From contig ONEP01000091.1 in assembly GCA_900316875.1 (NCBI GenBank), forward strand, positions 1-61,267: 61,267 nucleotides of DNA. The letters are read 5' to 3'. A program made the position numbers and the translations under genes. Below, piece after piece: positions 27,006 through 35,949 of this stretch. The notes under the pieces were generated by a model. That model saw only the letters and a list, made by a program, of their open reading frames with translations. It did not search any database and had not been told where the DNA came from. Origin of the DNA: Candidatus Ruminimicrobium bovinum (lineage in GTDB: Bacteria; Elusimicrobiota; Endomicrobiia; Endomicrobiales; Endomicrobiaceae). How positions within the stretch are numbered: position 1 is the first letter of the stretch; every line of letters begins with the position of its first letter.

Positions 27006-28071
27006 CGCCTATAATATCAGTAACCTGTTCCAAAAGTTGTTGCGGTAAATACGGTTTTGCTATATAATAAAAAGTATTTTCTTCCAAAGAAGATAAAATT
27101 CCCGTATTGTTAACCAAATAAAGAATTTTTTCGTTAGGCATTAATTGATGAATTTGTTTATGAAATTCTAACAATAAATCTTCATTATTAATATTTACTA
27201 TTACTATATCAAAAAAATCATTTTTCAACTCGTCTAAAAATTTTTGTTGAGTTTCATATTCAAATACGTTGTATTTATCTTCAGGAAATAACTGTTTAAA
27301 ATTAACGTCATTTATGGCAATAGCAGCTATATTTAATTTTCTTGCCCTGCCCGTAATTAAATAAAAAATATTATTAATATTAACAGGCGTTTCTAAAAAG
27401 TTTACAGGTTGATCCGTTAAATTTTTAATGTTATCAATAAAAGATTCGGCACTTTTCGGACCTGTTAAAATAATTTTAGGTAATTTATCGTTTAAAGATT
27501 TTATATTATTTATTATTGTTTGTGCCTGTTGGTCAACACTATCGTTAATACCAATAATTAAATTATCCGGATAGTGTCTTTTCATAAAACTTATATCGGC
27601 CGTTGTTTTTTCTATAAAAACTGTATTTAAGCCGTCTTGTTTTAAGTTGGATAAAAAATTTCTGGAAATATTTTTCTTTTCATCAATAACCACAACAAAA
27701 GGTTGATTTGATAATTCGGTTATTATATCTAACATCTTTTCTATTTCAAAGGGCTTCGTTAAACAAAAATTTGCACCTAATTCCAAAGCTTCAACTATCA
27801 ATTCATTTAAAGCATAAGCTGTCATTATAATACAAATTAAGTCCGGCTGAATTTGCTTTACGGCTCTTATAACGTCGGTCCCCGTAATATCGGGCATTCT
27901 CATATCGGAAAAAAGCATATCAAATTGTTCTTTTTTCACCATTTCAATAGCTTCGGTACCGCAAGATGCCGTTTTTGTTTCGTATCCGTATAAATCCAAA
28001 ATACTTGAAGTAGATTCCCTTAATGCTTCTTCATCATCAACTATTAAAATTTTCAAATGTTTTTCATCCAT
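26986..28071 (-). CDS. Response regulator: canonical REC domain followed by about 240 aa with no recognisable output domain (possibly two degenerate REC-like repeats)
   Basis: KILIVDDEEALRE...MLFSDMRMPDITG...IIMTAY...LTKPF. The C-terminal segments VVVIDEKK...IIGIND...KIILTG...FLETP and IAAIAIND...DIVIVNIN...YIAKPY look REC-like. Confidence 0.8.
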   Translation of the reverse strand: MDEKHLKILIVDDEEALRESTSSILDLYGYETKTASCGTEAIEMVKKEQFDMLFSDMRMPDITGTDVIRAVKQIQPDLICIIMTAYALNELIVEALELGANFCLTKPFEIEKMLDIITELSNQPFVVVIDEKKNISRNFLSNLKQDGLNTVFIEKTTADISFMKRHYPDNLIIGINDSVDQQAQTIINNIKSLNDKLPKIILTGPKSAESFIDNIKNLTDQPVNFLETPVNINNIFYLITGRARKLNIAAIAINDVNFKQLFPEDKYNVFEYETQQKFLDELKNDFFDIVIVNINNEDLLLEFHKQIHQLMPNEKILYLVNNTGILSSLEENTFYYIAKPYLPQQLLEQVTDIIGGANNGK

Positions 28072-28085
28072 AAAAAACCCTTTTT

Positions 28086-29669
28086 TTATTTAATCGGTAA
28101 CAAAACTATAAATTCGGTTCCAACACCCACTTTGCTTGTAACGGTTATTACTCCGCCATGGGCTTCTATTATTTCTTTTACTATAGGTAAACCTAAACCG
28201 ATACCTTTTAATTTTGTTGTAAACAAAGGTTCAAATAACTTTGCAATTGTTTCATCAGTCATTCCCGAAGCCGTATCAGATACTTTTATCATAAATTTAT
28301 TATCCGTCGATACTGATGACGATAAGGTAATTGTTCCGCCTGTTTGCGGCATTGCATCCCTTGCATTTGCAATAAGGTTTATTAAAACCTGTACTATTCT
28401 GTCCGGATCGACTGAAACAATAAATCTGCCCGATTGATCTATAACTTTAATATTTTCGGCAACAGGAACCGATTTTATGGCTTTATCTATTAACACACCT
28501 ACATCTATTTCCAATTTATTTATCTGTTTAGTTTTTGAGTAATCAAGAAGCTCGGTAATAATTTTGTTTGCTCGAACAACTTCATCGGATAACATTTGAA
28601 TCATCTTCTTTTCTTTTTCATTTGTATAATTTCCCATTTTTAATAAAAAGTAAGAAATATTTTTAATACTTGCCAGCGGATTTCTTAATTCATGTGCAAC
28701 AGATGAAGATAATCTACCGATAGTTGCAAATTTTTCGGCACTTATCAAATCTTTTTGTATGCTTTGAACTTTATCCAAAGTTTTTTCAAGTTCGCGACTT
28801 CTTTCTTCAAATGCAATCTTAAGTGTCAATAAATTTTTCTTTTCTCTGTTTAATTCTTTTATTTGAGCTTCCATATCCGACGCCATTGAATTAAATGAAA
28901 TAGCCAAATCTCTGAATTCATCTTTCGATATTAACGGAACTCTGTAACTTAATATCCCTTTTGCTATTTGATTTGTTCCTATTAACAATTCGTTGATAGG
29001 CCGTATAATTATTTTGATTAAAAATATTGATATTATAATTGCGGCTAAAATTACAACTACCGTCAAAATAATGATACTTCTTTTAACTTTGGATATCTGA
29101 TATTTTATTCTTTCCAAAGTAAGCCCTACACGAACAAGCCCGATTACTTTAGTAGTTTTTGCTTTCGGCATCATCATTGGATTTGTCGGTATAAAAGTAT
29201 ATGACCCCGTATTATATGATACCATGGGAACAAATATTTCAACTACATCACCTATTTCTTTGATATTTAATATTTTTGTTTGTAAACCGTTTTTATCGAG
29301 AGAAGCAATATATTTTTGATCAAAAGAAGATGCCGTAACAAAATTATTAATATCTGTTGTGGAAACCAACGATTCAGCTAAAGTATTACCAAGTTCGTCA
29401 TAAATAACGGCATAAAGGACATCGTCTTTTTTTATTGTATCTTTTGTTAAACTTAAAAGAAAATCATGATTTTTGGCAACAACACCGTATTCACAAGAAC
29501 CGGCTAAACCGTGCGCTATTATAATACCTTTATTTTCTATTGAACTTTGTAACAACAATGATTGTCCGTTGATAAAAAACCAACTTAACACTACGGAGGT
29601 AATTATGATAACTATTGAAATTACTAACGTGAATTTAAAACTGAGACTGTATCTCATTTCACTTTTCAT
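28086..29669 (-). CDS. Membrane sensor histidine kinase (periplasmic loop, HAMP, HisKA, HATPase_c)
   Basis: Two TM helices bracket a loop of about 170 aa. HAMP is IIRPINELLIGTNQIAKG...FNSMASDM. H-box SSVAHELRNPLASI, N-box LIANARDAM, G2 GIGLGLPIV. Confidence 0.9.
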   Translation of the reverse strand: MKSEMRYSLSFKFTLVISIVIIITSVVLSWFFINGQSLLLQSSIENKGIIIAHGLAGSCEYGVVAKNHDFLLSLTKDTIKKDDVLYAVIYDELGNTLAESLVSTTDINNFVTASSFDQKYIASLDKNGLQTKILNIKEIGDVVEIFVPMVSYNTGSYTFIPTNPMMMPKAKTTKVIGLVRVGLTLERIKYQISKVKRSIIILTVVVILAAIIISIFLIKIIIRPINELLIGTNQIAKGILSYRVPLISKDEFRDLAISFNSMASDMEAQIKELNREKKNLLTLKIAFEERSRELEKTLDKVQSIQKDLISAEKFATIGRLSSSVAHELRNPLASIKNISYFLLKMGNYTNEKEKKMIQMLSDEVVRANKIITELLDYSKTKQINKLEIDVGVLIDKAIKSVPVAENIKVIDQSGRFIVSVDPDRIVQVLINLIANARDAMPQTGGTITLSSSVSTDNKFMIKVSDTASGMTDETIAKLFEPLFTTKLKGIGLGLPIVKEIIEAHGGVITVTSKVGVGTEFIVLLPIK

Positions 29670-29692
29670 AAAATTGCCAGATATTTAAAGAA

Positions 29693-29765
29693 AGCCGACG
29701 AAAGGGTTTGAACCTTCGACCTACGGTTTACAAAACCGTTGCTCTACCAGCTGAGCTACGTCGGC
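29693..29765 (-). tRNA. tRNA-Thr (anticodon UGU)
   Basis: Hand-folded cloverleaf: acceptor GCCGACG/CGTCGGC, D arm GCTC-AGCTGGTA-GAGC, anticodon arm ACGGT-TTTGTAA-ACCGT, variable loop AGGTC, T arm GAAGG-TTCAAAC-CCTTT, discriminator T. No CCA is encoded. Confidence 0.93.
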
Positions 29766-29887
29766 ATGCATATAAAGTATACTACATATTCTCGGAGTCA
29801 TTAGAATATCAAAATATAAAGCTTTTGTCAAACAAAACCGAAACTTTATTATATAATTTATCAATTATCAAATGATATATTAATAAT

Positions 29888-30340
29888 CTATTTATTTTTA
29901 TCTTCAAGTTTATATTTTTTTCTTAAATTTTCTTTTATCTGTTCAGCTATAAAGGTTAGATTATTTTCTTTTGAACATTTTATTATCAATGCTATCTTAG
30001 GATATGTACTTGAAGAAATATATGTAGCCGATTGAAATCTTCCGTAATGATTTGTATATGCACCGGTTTCTGTTTTTGAATTATCTTTTGAATTTATGAT
30101 ATCAAACGTTTTATAGCCGTTTTCAATACAAATTTCCGCTGCTCTTAATAAAGCATAATCTTGTGCCGTTGTTGTTGAAACATCTGAATTTCCGTTAAAA
30201 GTTACTTCGTACATATTTTGTTGTAAAAGACTATCGTAATAACCGACACTTTCGGGAGAACTTGCCCTTTTATACGTTGTAGCACAAGACGAAATTAATA
30301 TTATACTAAAAAGCATAAAAACTATTTTAAATTTAATCAT
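29888..30340 (-). CDS. Small lipoprotein, function unknown
   Basis: Lipobox LISSCATT. The mature part contains ...YEVTFNGN...DYALLRAAEICIENGYKTFDI. No family is firmly recognised. Confidence 0.55.
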   Translation of the reverse strand: MIKFKIVFMLFSIILISSCATTYKRASSPESVGYYDSLLQQNMYEVTFNGNSDVSTTTAQDYALLRAAEICIENGYKTFDIINSKDNSKTETGAYTNHYGRFQSATYISSSTYPKIALIIKCSKENNLTFIAEQIKENLRKKYKLEDKNK

Positions 30341-30488
30341 TAAAAAATCCCCCTTTTAACACTGAATATTGATTTTACAAAATTTAATTATTGTTTACTA
30401 CAGTGAATTGGAAGATTGTAATAAAAAAGGCAATTTTATCTTTTAAAAAACGGTAAAATGTATTCCGTTAGAATAATAAAACTTAAAC

Positions 30489-30524
30489 AAAAAAGAGCAG
30501 AAGAAAAATCTTCTGCTCTTTTTT
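30489..30524. terminator. Rho-independent (bidirectional-type) terminator downstream of the OMP gene
   Basis: AGAGCAGAAGA (30494-30504), loop AAAA, then TCTTCTGCTCT (30509-30519), flanked by an A-run and a T-run. Confidence 0.8.
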
Positions 30525-30597
30525 ATTATTTTATATTCCGTTTTTAAACTTTTAAGCATTTAAGCTTATCAGCCCAAAATTGCCTTTCGGCAATTTT

Positions 30598-31191
30598 TTA
30601 GAAATGGTATGAGAAACCTACACTTATTATTGAACCGTCGTTTGCATTAAATCCGAATATATTAGCTTCTTGATCGTTAAGATTTTTATCACCTTTTACA
30701 TGTGTATATCCGAGTTCTGCAAAGTTAAGTGTGCAACCGATTGACCAAGTTTCGTTTATGCTGTATGTTATAACAGGTGCTATTGCTATTCCATAACCGT
30801 CAATTGTAGCATCGGCATCATCTGCTTTTGCACTTACAAAAAAGAGTTTACCTTTGGCTAAAACATCAAAAGAACCTATTGAAAATAATTTATATCTTGC
30901 AAAAGGTGCAATTTCAACTGCCGTTACTTTACTGTCTCCAATATTTATTTTTCTAAATTCTCCGGAATTTTCGTCAGATGAATAACTTAAATCAATACCG
31001 ATATCCCAAGTTTCATTTATGCTGTATCCGAATTCAGGACTGATTGACCAGGAAACTGATGAATCTTTAGGTCCGTTTGTCATACTGACATTTTCATACC
31101 CTAAACTTCCGCCGATCCACATATCTTTTGCTGCAAAAACAGGTGCTACAAGTGCTACTGCCAACAACATTGCCAATAAACTTTTTTTCAT
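30598..31191 (-). CDS. Small outer-membrane beta-barrel protein (OmpW/porin-like, about 8 strands)
   Basis: Signal peptide ending PVFAAKD, alternating hydrophobic strands and a C-terminal FSYHF (terminal Phe, OMP sorting signature). Confidence 0.75.
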   Translation of the reverse strand: MKKSLLAMLLAVALVAPVFAAKDMWIGGSLGYENVSMTNGPKDSSVSWSISPEFGYSINETWDIGIDLSYSSDENSGEFRKINIGDSKVTAVEIAPFARYKLFSIGSFDVLAKGKLFFVSAKADDADATIDGYGIAIAPVITYSINETWSIGCTLNFAELGYTHVKGDKNLNDQEANIFGFNANDGSIISVGFSYHF

Positions 31192-31216
31192 TTTACTTTT
31201 TCTCTCCTTTTGTTTT

Positions 31217-31238
31217 AAGTCGGTAAATTTACCGACTT
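31217..31238 (-). promoter_or_regulatory. 5-prime UTR hairpin immediately upstream of the OMP gene RBS
   Basis: AAGTCGGTAAATTTACCGACTT is a near-perfect stem of about 9 bp. It lies between the predicted start site and the AAAGGAGAGA RBS. Confidence 0.55.
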
Positions 31239-31262
31239 TATTTTTAACTAACTATGTTAGGT

Positions 31263-31291
31263 ATTATACATTAAAAAATTTTGCAGTGCAA
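31263..31291 (-). promoter_or_regulatory. Sigma70 promoter of the OMP gene (TTGCAC-17-TATAAT)
   Basis: The minus strand reads TTGCAC (31291-31286), a 17-nt spacer and TATAAT (31268-31263). Confidence 0.65.
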
Positions 31292-31556
31292 ATTTTTTTA
31301 GTTTAAAGTTTAGAGCTGAGAGCTTAGAGTTGAACGACAAACAAAATTTTAGAAATATTTTCTTTTTGAAAGTGCCTTAGGAACTGCTTATGAATGATAT
31401 ATTTTTAGGTAAGAATTTTTTACTTTAATTCTTAGGGCGACATTGTTCGTGGCGTTTTTCGTTACATTAGGTTGTTAGAAAAACACAGTTGGAGCCCGTG
31501 CCTAAAAAATACGAGTGAATAGTTCCGGCACAGAAAAAAGAAAAATACTTTTAAAG

Positions 31557-31598
31557 AAAAAACTCACGGATTGCCACGGCAACAAGTTGCCCCGCAAT
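31557..31598 (-). terminator. Candidate terminator hairpin after the 305-aa gene (interrupted stem, displaced U-tract)
   Basis: The minus strand reads ATTGC-GG-GGCAA-CTTG-TTGCC-GTG-GCAAT (31598-31570), then CCGTGAG and TTTTTT (31562-31557). The 7-nt gap before the U-run weakens the call. Confidence 0.35.
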
Positions 31599-31636
31599 GA
31601 TGAAATAAAAAGAGTTAAAAATTTTAAAATGTAATT

Positions 31637-32554
31637 TTAATTTTTGGTAAAAATTGATTTCAATTTCAAGCTCATCCACCACGGTTTCTTTTTTGTTGAA
31701 AGAACTTTTAATTTTTTACCGCTTTTAACTTTTGCAACTCCGGTAATTAAATCGGCATATTTTAAATAAACCGTATAAACTTCTTCTTTTTTTATTACAT
31801 TTTTTACAGTAACGGGAATAGAAATCATTTCATTATCTTTTCTTGCACCGATTAAATGACCTAAATAGTGAGCTATATCTCTGGTATCGGTAATTGTTGC
31901 AAGAACAACATCTTCGGCAACAATATTATCAATTTTTTTGCCCAAATCATCTTCCATAATAACGGTATCAAGTTTTATTTCGCCCGCATCATTTGATTTT
32001 ATTGTTTCGGAAATTATTATATGCTCGCTGTTAGGAAGTCTTTTAAATTCTCTTAAAGTTAATTCTTGTGCAATTATTTCAATTTCCACATCTTCCAAAA
32101 CAAAAAACTCTTCAATCATATTTTTCATATCTTCCAAAGATATAATTTGATGCTGTTTTAATTTATCGGTTATAAATATCGCAAAATCGGTATCCACCAT
32201 TCTTGTATATTGTTCTATTGTGCCGGGTTCCAAACGATAATAAAAAATTGCTTTTTCAAACGAAAACCAATCCATTGATACTTCCTGTTCGTAAACAACG
32301 GGGTTATATGTCATTACCGAACTAAACCTTAACAAGTCTAAATTTTTGTTATTCGTAATTATATGGATAAGCCCGTAAATATTTTTTTGTTTGTTTTTTA
32401 TTTTGGCTTTATATGCTGTTATGTTTTTTAACATAACGCCTATATTTATAATTGCCTGTTCCAAATTACCGCCGGCAACTTCCAATGCCTGCTCGGCTTC
32501 ATGCTGGCTACAACCCGTATCTTCCATTAATATTTTTATATTTTCCGTAATCAT
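31637..32554 (-). CDS. Hypothetical protein with an N-terminal UBA/TS-N-like helical module
   Basis: The N-terminus ILMEDTGCSQHEAEQALEVAGGNLEQAIINI resembles the UBA / EF-Ts N-terminal fold signature. The rest is unassigned. Starts 3 nt after the xer gene stop. Confidence 0.5.
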   Translation of the reverse strand: MITENIKILMEDTGCSQHEAEQALEVAGGNLEQAIINIGVMLKNITAYKAKIKNKQKNIYGLIHIITNNKNLDLLRFSSVMTYNPVVYEQEVSMDWFSFEKAIFYYRLEPGTIEQYTRMVDTDFAIFITDKLKQHQIISLEDMKNMIEEFFVLEDVEIEIIAQELTLREFKRLPNSEHIIISETIKSNDAGEIKLDTVIMEDDLGKKIDNIVAEDVVLATITDTRDIAHYLGHLIGARKDNEMISIPVTVKNVIKKEEVYTVYLKYADLITGVAKVKSGKKLKVLSTKKKPWWMSLKLKSIFTKN

Positions 32555-32557
32555 AAG

Positions 32558-33451
32558 TTAAACCCTTGGATGTGTTTTATCGTAAACCTTTCTTAAACTT
32601 TCAAGTGTAACATGTGTATAAATTTGTGTAGTTGCCAAATTTTTATGTCCTAACATTTGCTGAACACTTTTTATATCACAACCCCTGTCAAGTAAATGTG
32701 TAGCAAACGAATGCCTTATTGTATGCGGTGAAACTTTTTTTATAAATCCCGCCTTTACAAACCAATTATGTAAAATTTTTCTTGCTCCTCTTGATGTTAT
32801 TCTTACATTATCTTTGTTTAGGAACAAAGGCGAATTAAAGCCGTCTGTTTGTTTCCTTTGATCAAGATATTTTTTTATTGCAATGCAGCATTTATAACCT
32901 ATAGGAACTATTCTTTCGGTTGAACCTTTCCCGAACACTTTTACCGTTCCGTAAAGCAAATCAATATCTTTTAAATTCAATGATACCATTTCTTCTATTC
33001 TTATACCGGAAGAATATAAAAGCTCAAGCATTGCCCTATCACGTAAAGAAATATCTTCCATATCAAAAAGTTTTAACATATCCTGTTCGGTTAAAAATTT
33101 AGGTATTTTCTTTTCGGCTTTCGGTGTTGACATTGCCGATATCGGATTTATTTCAATATATGAATTCAAAACCAAAAATTTATAAAAAGATCTTAATGTT
33201 GCAAACTTTCTGATAATGGAACTTTTTTGCAGTTTCTGATTATACAAATAAGCCAAATATGCCCTGATAATATTTCTTGAACATTTTGTAAGTCCTACAC
33301 CGTTATAATTTGTATTCAAAAAATCGACAAATAAATACATATCGGTTTTATATGATTTGGCAGTAAGTTTTGAATAATTCCTTTCACCCTGTAAATATTT
33401 AATAAATTCCGTTATTTCTTTTATTTCAGAAATTTCTGCTTTAGTATTCAT
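32558..33451 (-). CDS. xerC: Tyrosine site-specific recombinase, XerC/XerD family
   Basis: N-terminal SAM-like domain. Catalytic residues lie in LLYSSGIRIEE (R), HTIRHSFATHLL (HxxR) and LGHKNLATTQIYTHV (H, Y). XerC and XerD cannot be told apart by eye. Confidence 0.85.
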   Translation of the reverse strand: MNTKAEISEIKEITEFIKYLQGERNYSKLTAKSYKTDMYLFVDFLNTNYNGVGLTKCSRNIIRAYLAYLYNQKLQKSSIIRKFATLRSFYKFLVLNSYIEINPISAMSTPKAEKKIPKFLTEQDMLKLFDMEDISLRDRAMLELLYSSGIRIEEMVSLNLKDIDLLYGTVKVFGKGSTERIVPIGYKCCIAIKKYLDQRKQTDGFNSPLFLNKDNVRITSRGARKILHNWFVKAGFIKKVSPHTIRHSFATHLLDRGCDIKSVQQMLGHKNLATTQIYTHVTLESLRKVYDKTHPRV

Positions 33452-33553
33452 TTTTAGATTATAGCATTTTTAACAATTTTCGAAGCAAATTTTGCGGACA
33501 AAAGTTTTATAATATAGTATAATACTGTTTTAAAACAAATTGAGGAACTTTTT

Positions 33554-34465
33554 ATGAAAGAAGAGATTATACAAAAAATATCGGAATTGAAAAAACAAAG
33601 AAATGCGGTAATACTTGTGCATAATTATCAAAAAAAAGAAGTGCAGGATATTGCCGATTTTACCGGTGATTCGTTGGAACTCAGCAGAAAAGCCGCAAAT
33701 ACAACGGCAGATGTTATTGTTTTTTGCGGGGTTCATTTTATGGCGGAAACCGCCTCAATATTAAGCCCTGATAAAAAAGTTTTGTTGCCGGATTCGGCTT
33801 CAGGTTGCCCGATGGCCGATATGATAACTGCCGAGCAGCTTATTCAATTTAAAAAAGAAAATCCCGGTGCAACCGTAGTTACATATATAAATTCTTCGGC
33901 TGCTGTAAAAGCAGAAACCGATATTTGTTGCACATCATCAAATGCAATCAATGTAGTTAAAAGTGTTAAAAACGACAAAATAATTTTTTGTCCCGACAGA
34001 AATTTAGGTTCTTATGCACAAAAAGTATTAAATAAAAAACTTATTTTGTGGAACGGTTTTTGCCCTACACACATGAAAATGTTGCCGGAATATGTTGCAT
34101 TGCAAAAAGAAATACATCCGAATGCTTTGTTTTTGGTTCATCCGGAATGTCCGCCGCAAACGGTTGCACTTGCCGATGAAGTTTTATCCACCACCGGAAT
34201 TTTAAATTATGTAGCAAAAAGCGATGCAAAAGAATTTATTATAGGAACCGAAAACGAAATAACATTCAAATTACAAAGACAATATCCCGATAAAAAATTT
34301 TATCCTGTTACGGATTTGGCAGTGTGTCCGAACATGAAGAAAAATAACCTTGAAAAAGTTTTAAATGTTCTTGAAGAAATGACAAACGAAGTGAAAGTTC
34401 CTAAAGAAATTGCAGATAAAGCAATTATACCTATACAAAGAATGTTAGAGGTTAAACCTTCATAA
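33554..34465 (+). CDS. nadA: Quinolinate synthase
   Basis: VILVHNYQ, DFTGDSLELS, VHFMAETA and HPECP motifs. Confidence 0.92.
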   Translation: MKEEIIQKISELKKQRNAVILVHNYQKKEVQDIADFTGDSLELSRKAANTTADVIVFCGVHFMAETASILSPDKKVLLPDSASGCPMADMITAEQLIQFKKENPGATVVTYINSSAAVKAETDICCTSSNAINVVKSVKNDKIIFCPDRNLGSYAQKVLNKKLILWNGFCPTHMKMLPEYVALQKEIHPNALFLVHPECPPQTVALADEVLSTTGILNYVAKSDAKEFIIGTENEITFKLQRQYPDKKFYPVTDLAVCPNMKKNNLEKVLNVLEEMTNEVKVPKEIADKAIIPIQRMLEVKPS

Positions 34466-35181
34466 TGGAAAATTTAGGAAATTTTCCGGTCATTACAAGT
34501 TTTATTGCAGGGATTTTAACTTTTATAAGTCCTTGCATTTTACCTTTGATTCCCGTATACATCACACTTATTACCGGTTTTTCCATAGACCAATTAAATA
34601 ATAAAAAAAATATCTTACCGGCACTTTTATGTTCACTTACATTTATTGCCGGGTTTACCACAATTTTTGTAATACTCGGTTTATCGGTAACGGTAATAGG
34701 ACAAATTGTTTTAAACAACATAAATCTTTTAAGATGGATAGGCGGAACGGTAGTAATAATTTTCGGAATACATCTTTTGGGAATTATTAAAATTCCTCTC
34801 TTATACAAACAATTTTCCTGGACAGATAAAATTAAAAAAACTTCAAATTATTTTACAATTTATTTAATAGGTTGTGCCTTTGCTTTAAGTTGGACACCTT
34901 GTGTTGACCCGATACTTGCTTCAATACTTTTACTTGCATCAACAAGCCAAACTATAGGGCAAGGAACTTTTTTATTACTTGTTTATTCCGCGGGACTTGC
35001 CGTTCCTTTTATTTTAACGGCATTGTTTGTTAACAAATTTTTATTTTTATTTGAAAAGATAAAACAACATTATAAACTTATTGAAATAATTACCGGAAGT
35101 TTGTTGATTATAGTCGGTATTTTGGTTATAACAAATAATTTTTCGTTGATTACAAACTATTTTGTAAAAATATTTAATTAA
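34465..35181 (+). CDS. ccdA: Cytochrome c biogenesis / thiol-disulfide transporter CcdA (DsbD family) membrane protein
   Basis: FISPCILPLIP and WTPCVDP conserved Cys motifs. Six TM helices. Confidence 0.85.
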   Translation: MENLGNFPVITSFIAGILTFISPCILPLIPVYITLITGFSIDQLNNKKNILPALLCSLTFIAGFTTIFVILGLSVTVIGQIVLNNINLLRWIGGTVVIIFGIHLLGIIKIPLLYKQFSWTDKIKKTSNYFTIYLIGCAFALSWTPCVDPILASILLLASTSQTIGQGTFLLLVYSAGLAVPFILTALFVNKFLFLFEKIKQHYKLIEIITGSLLIIVGILVITNNFSLITNYFVKIFN

Positions 35182-35184
35182 AAA

Positions 35185-35949
35185 ATGAATTTATCCGAAC
35201 AAGAAATAAAAAATTTTTTAGATAAAAAAAATCACAACATCAAAATAGAAATTTTTGATACTATTACTTCAACAAATGATTATGCAAAAAATGCCGTTTG
35301 GCAAAAACAAATAACCGAAAATTCTTTAATAACGGCAAATACTCAAACTGCAGGCAGAGGCAGATTTGACAGAAAGTTTTTTTCACCTGCACAAACAGGT
35401 ATTTATATGACTTTTGTCATATTTCCGGAAAAAGACGTCGAAGATATCTTACTTGTAACATTAACGGCTGCCGTTGCCGTTGTCCGAGCGATTAAAAATT
35501 TGACAGGTATTACCGTAAATATAAAATGGGTAAATGATATTTTTTTTAACGATAAAAAAATTGCAGGCATATTAACCGAAACCGTTTTTAACACACAAAT
35601 AAATAAAACAGAAAGTGTAATAATCGGCATAGGCCTTAATATTAACACCAAAATTTTTCCGGAAGAATTAAAAAATATTGCAACTTCTTTAAATGTCCGT
35701 ATTTCAAGAAATAAATTTATTGCGGAAATTACAAATAATTTTTTTGATTTATATAATAATGCAACCAACGAACAAATAATAACCGAATATAAAAAATATT
35801 TAATAACAAATAGAACTGTTATTTATTATATAGACGGGGAAAAATTTAAAGGGAAAATTGAAGGTATAAATAATAACGGAAATTTAATTATAAATTCAAA
35901 TAACAAACATGTAATTTTAAATTCCGGGGAGATTTTTTTTGATGAATAA
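35185..35949 (+). CDS. birA: Biotin--[acetyl-CoA-carboxylase] ligase (class I, no HTH)
   Basis: The GRGRFDRKFFSP motif (GRGRxGRxW type), KWVNDIF and KIAGILTE. Confidence 0.88.
   Translation: MNLSEQEIKNFLDKKNHNIKIEIFDTITSTNDYAKNAVWQKQITENSLITANTQTAGRGRFDRKFFSPAQTGIYMTFVIFPEKDVEDILLVTLTAAVAVVRAIKNLTGITVNIKWVNDIFFNDKKIAGILTETVFNTQINKTESVIIGIGLNINTKIFPEELKNIATSLNVRISRNKFIAEITNNFFDLYNNATNEQIITEYKKYLITNRTVIYYIDGEKFKGKIEGINNNGNLIINSNNKHVILNSGEIFFDE

Noticed and set aside
31306-31340. GTTTAGAGCTGAGAGCTTAGAG resembles the start of type II CRISPR repeats or a tracrRNA anti-repeat.
   Set aside because: There is a single occurrence. No repeat-spacer periodicity and no cas genes occur anywhere in the window.
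31485-31535. The minus-strand CGGGCTCCA resembles RNase P RNA CR-I. The plus-strand AGTTCCGGC resembles part of the guanidine-I (ykkC) riboswitch.
   Set aside because: The flanking universal elements (GAGGAAAGTCC for RNase P; GTCCGAGAG and the ACGG...GGGA elements for ykkC) are absent. The region is too short for RNase P. No downstream gene lies on the plus strand for a riboswitch.
29693-33451. A possible tRNA-Thr-linked genomic island, given a recombinase within 3 kb of the tRNA.
   Set aside because: The recombinase has the XerC/D architecture, not the phage-integrase type. It lies on the 5-prime side of the tRNA rather than at its 3-prime end. I did not spot a direct repeat of the tRNA 3-prime segment. 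The intervening genes are ordinary envelope proteins.
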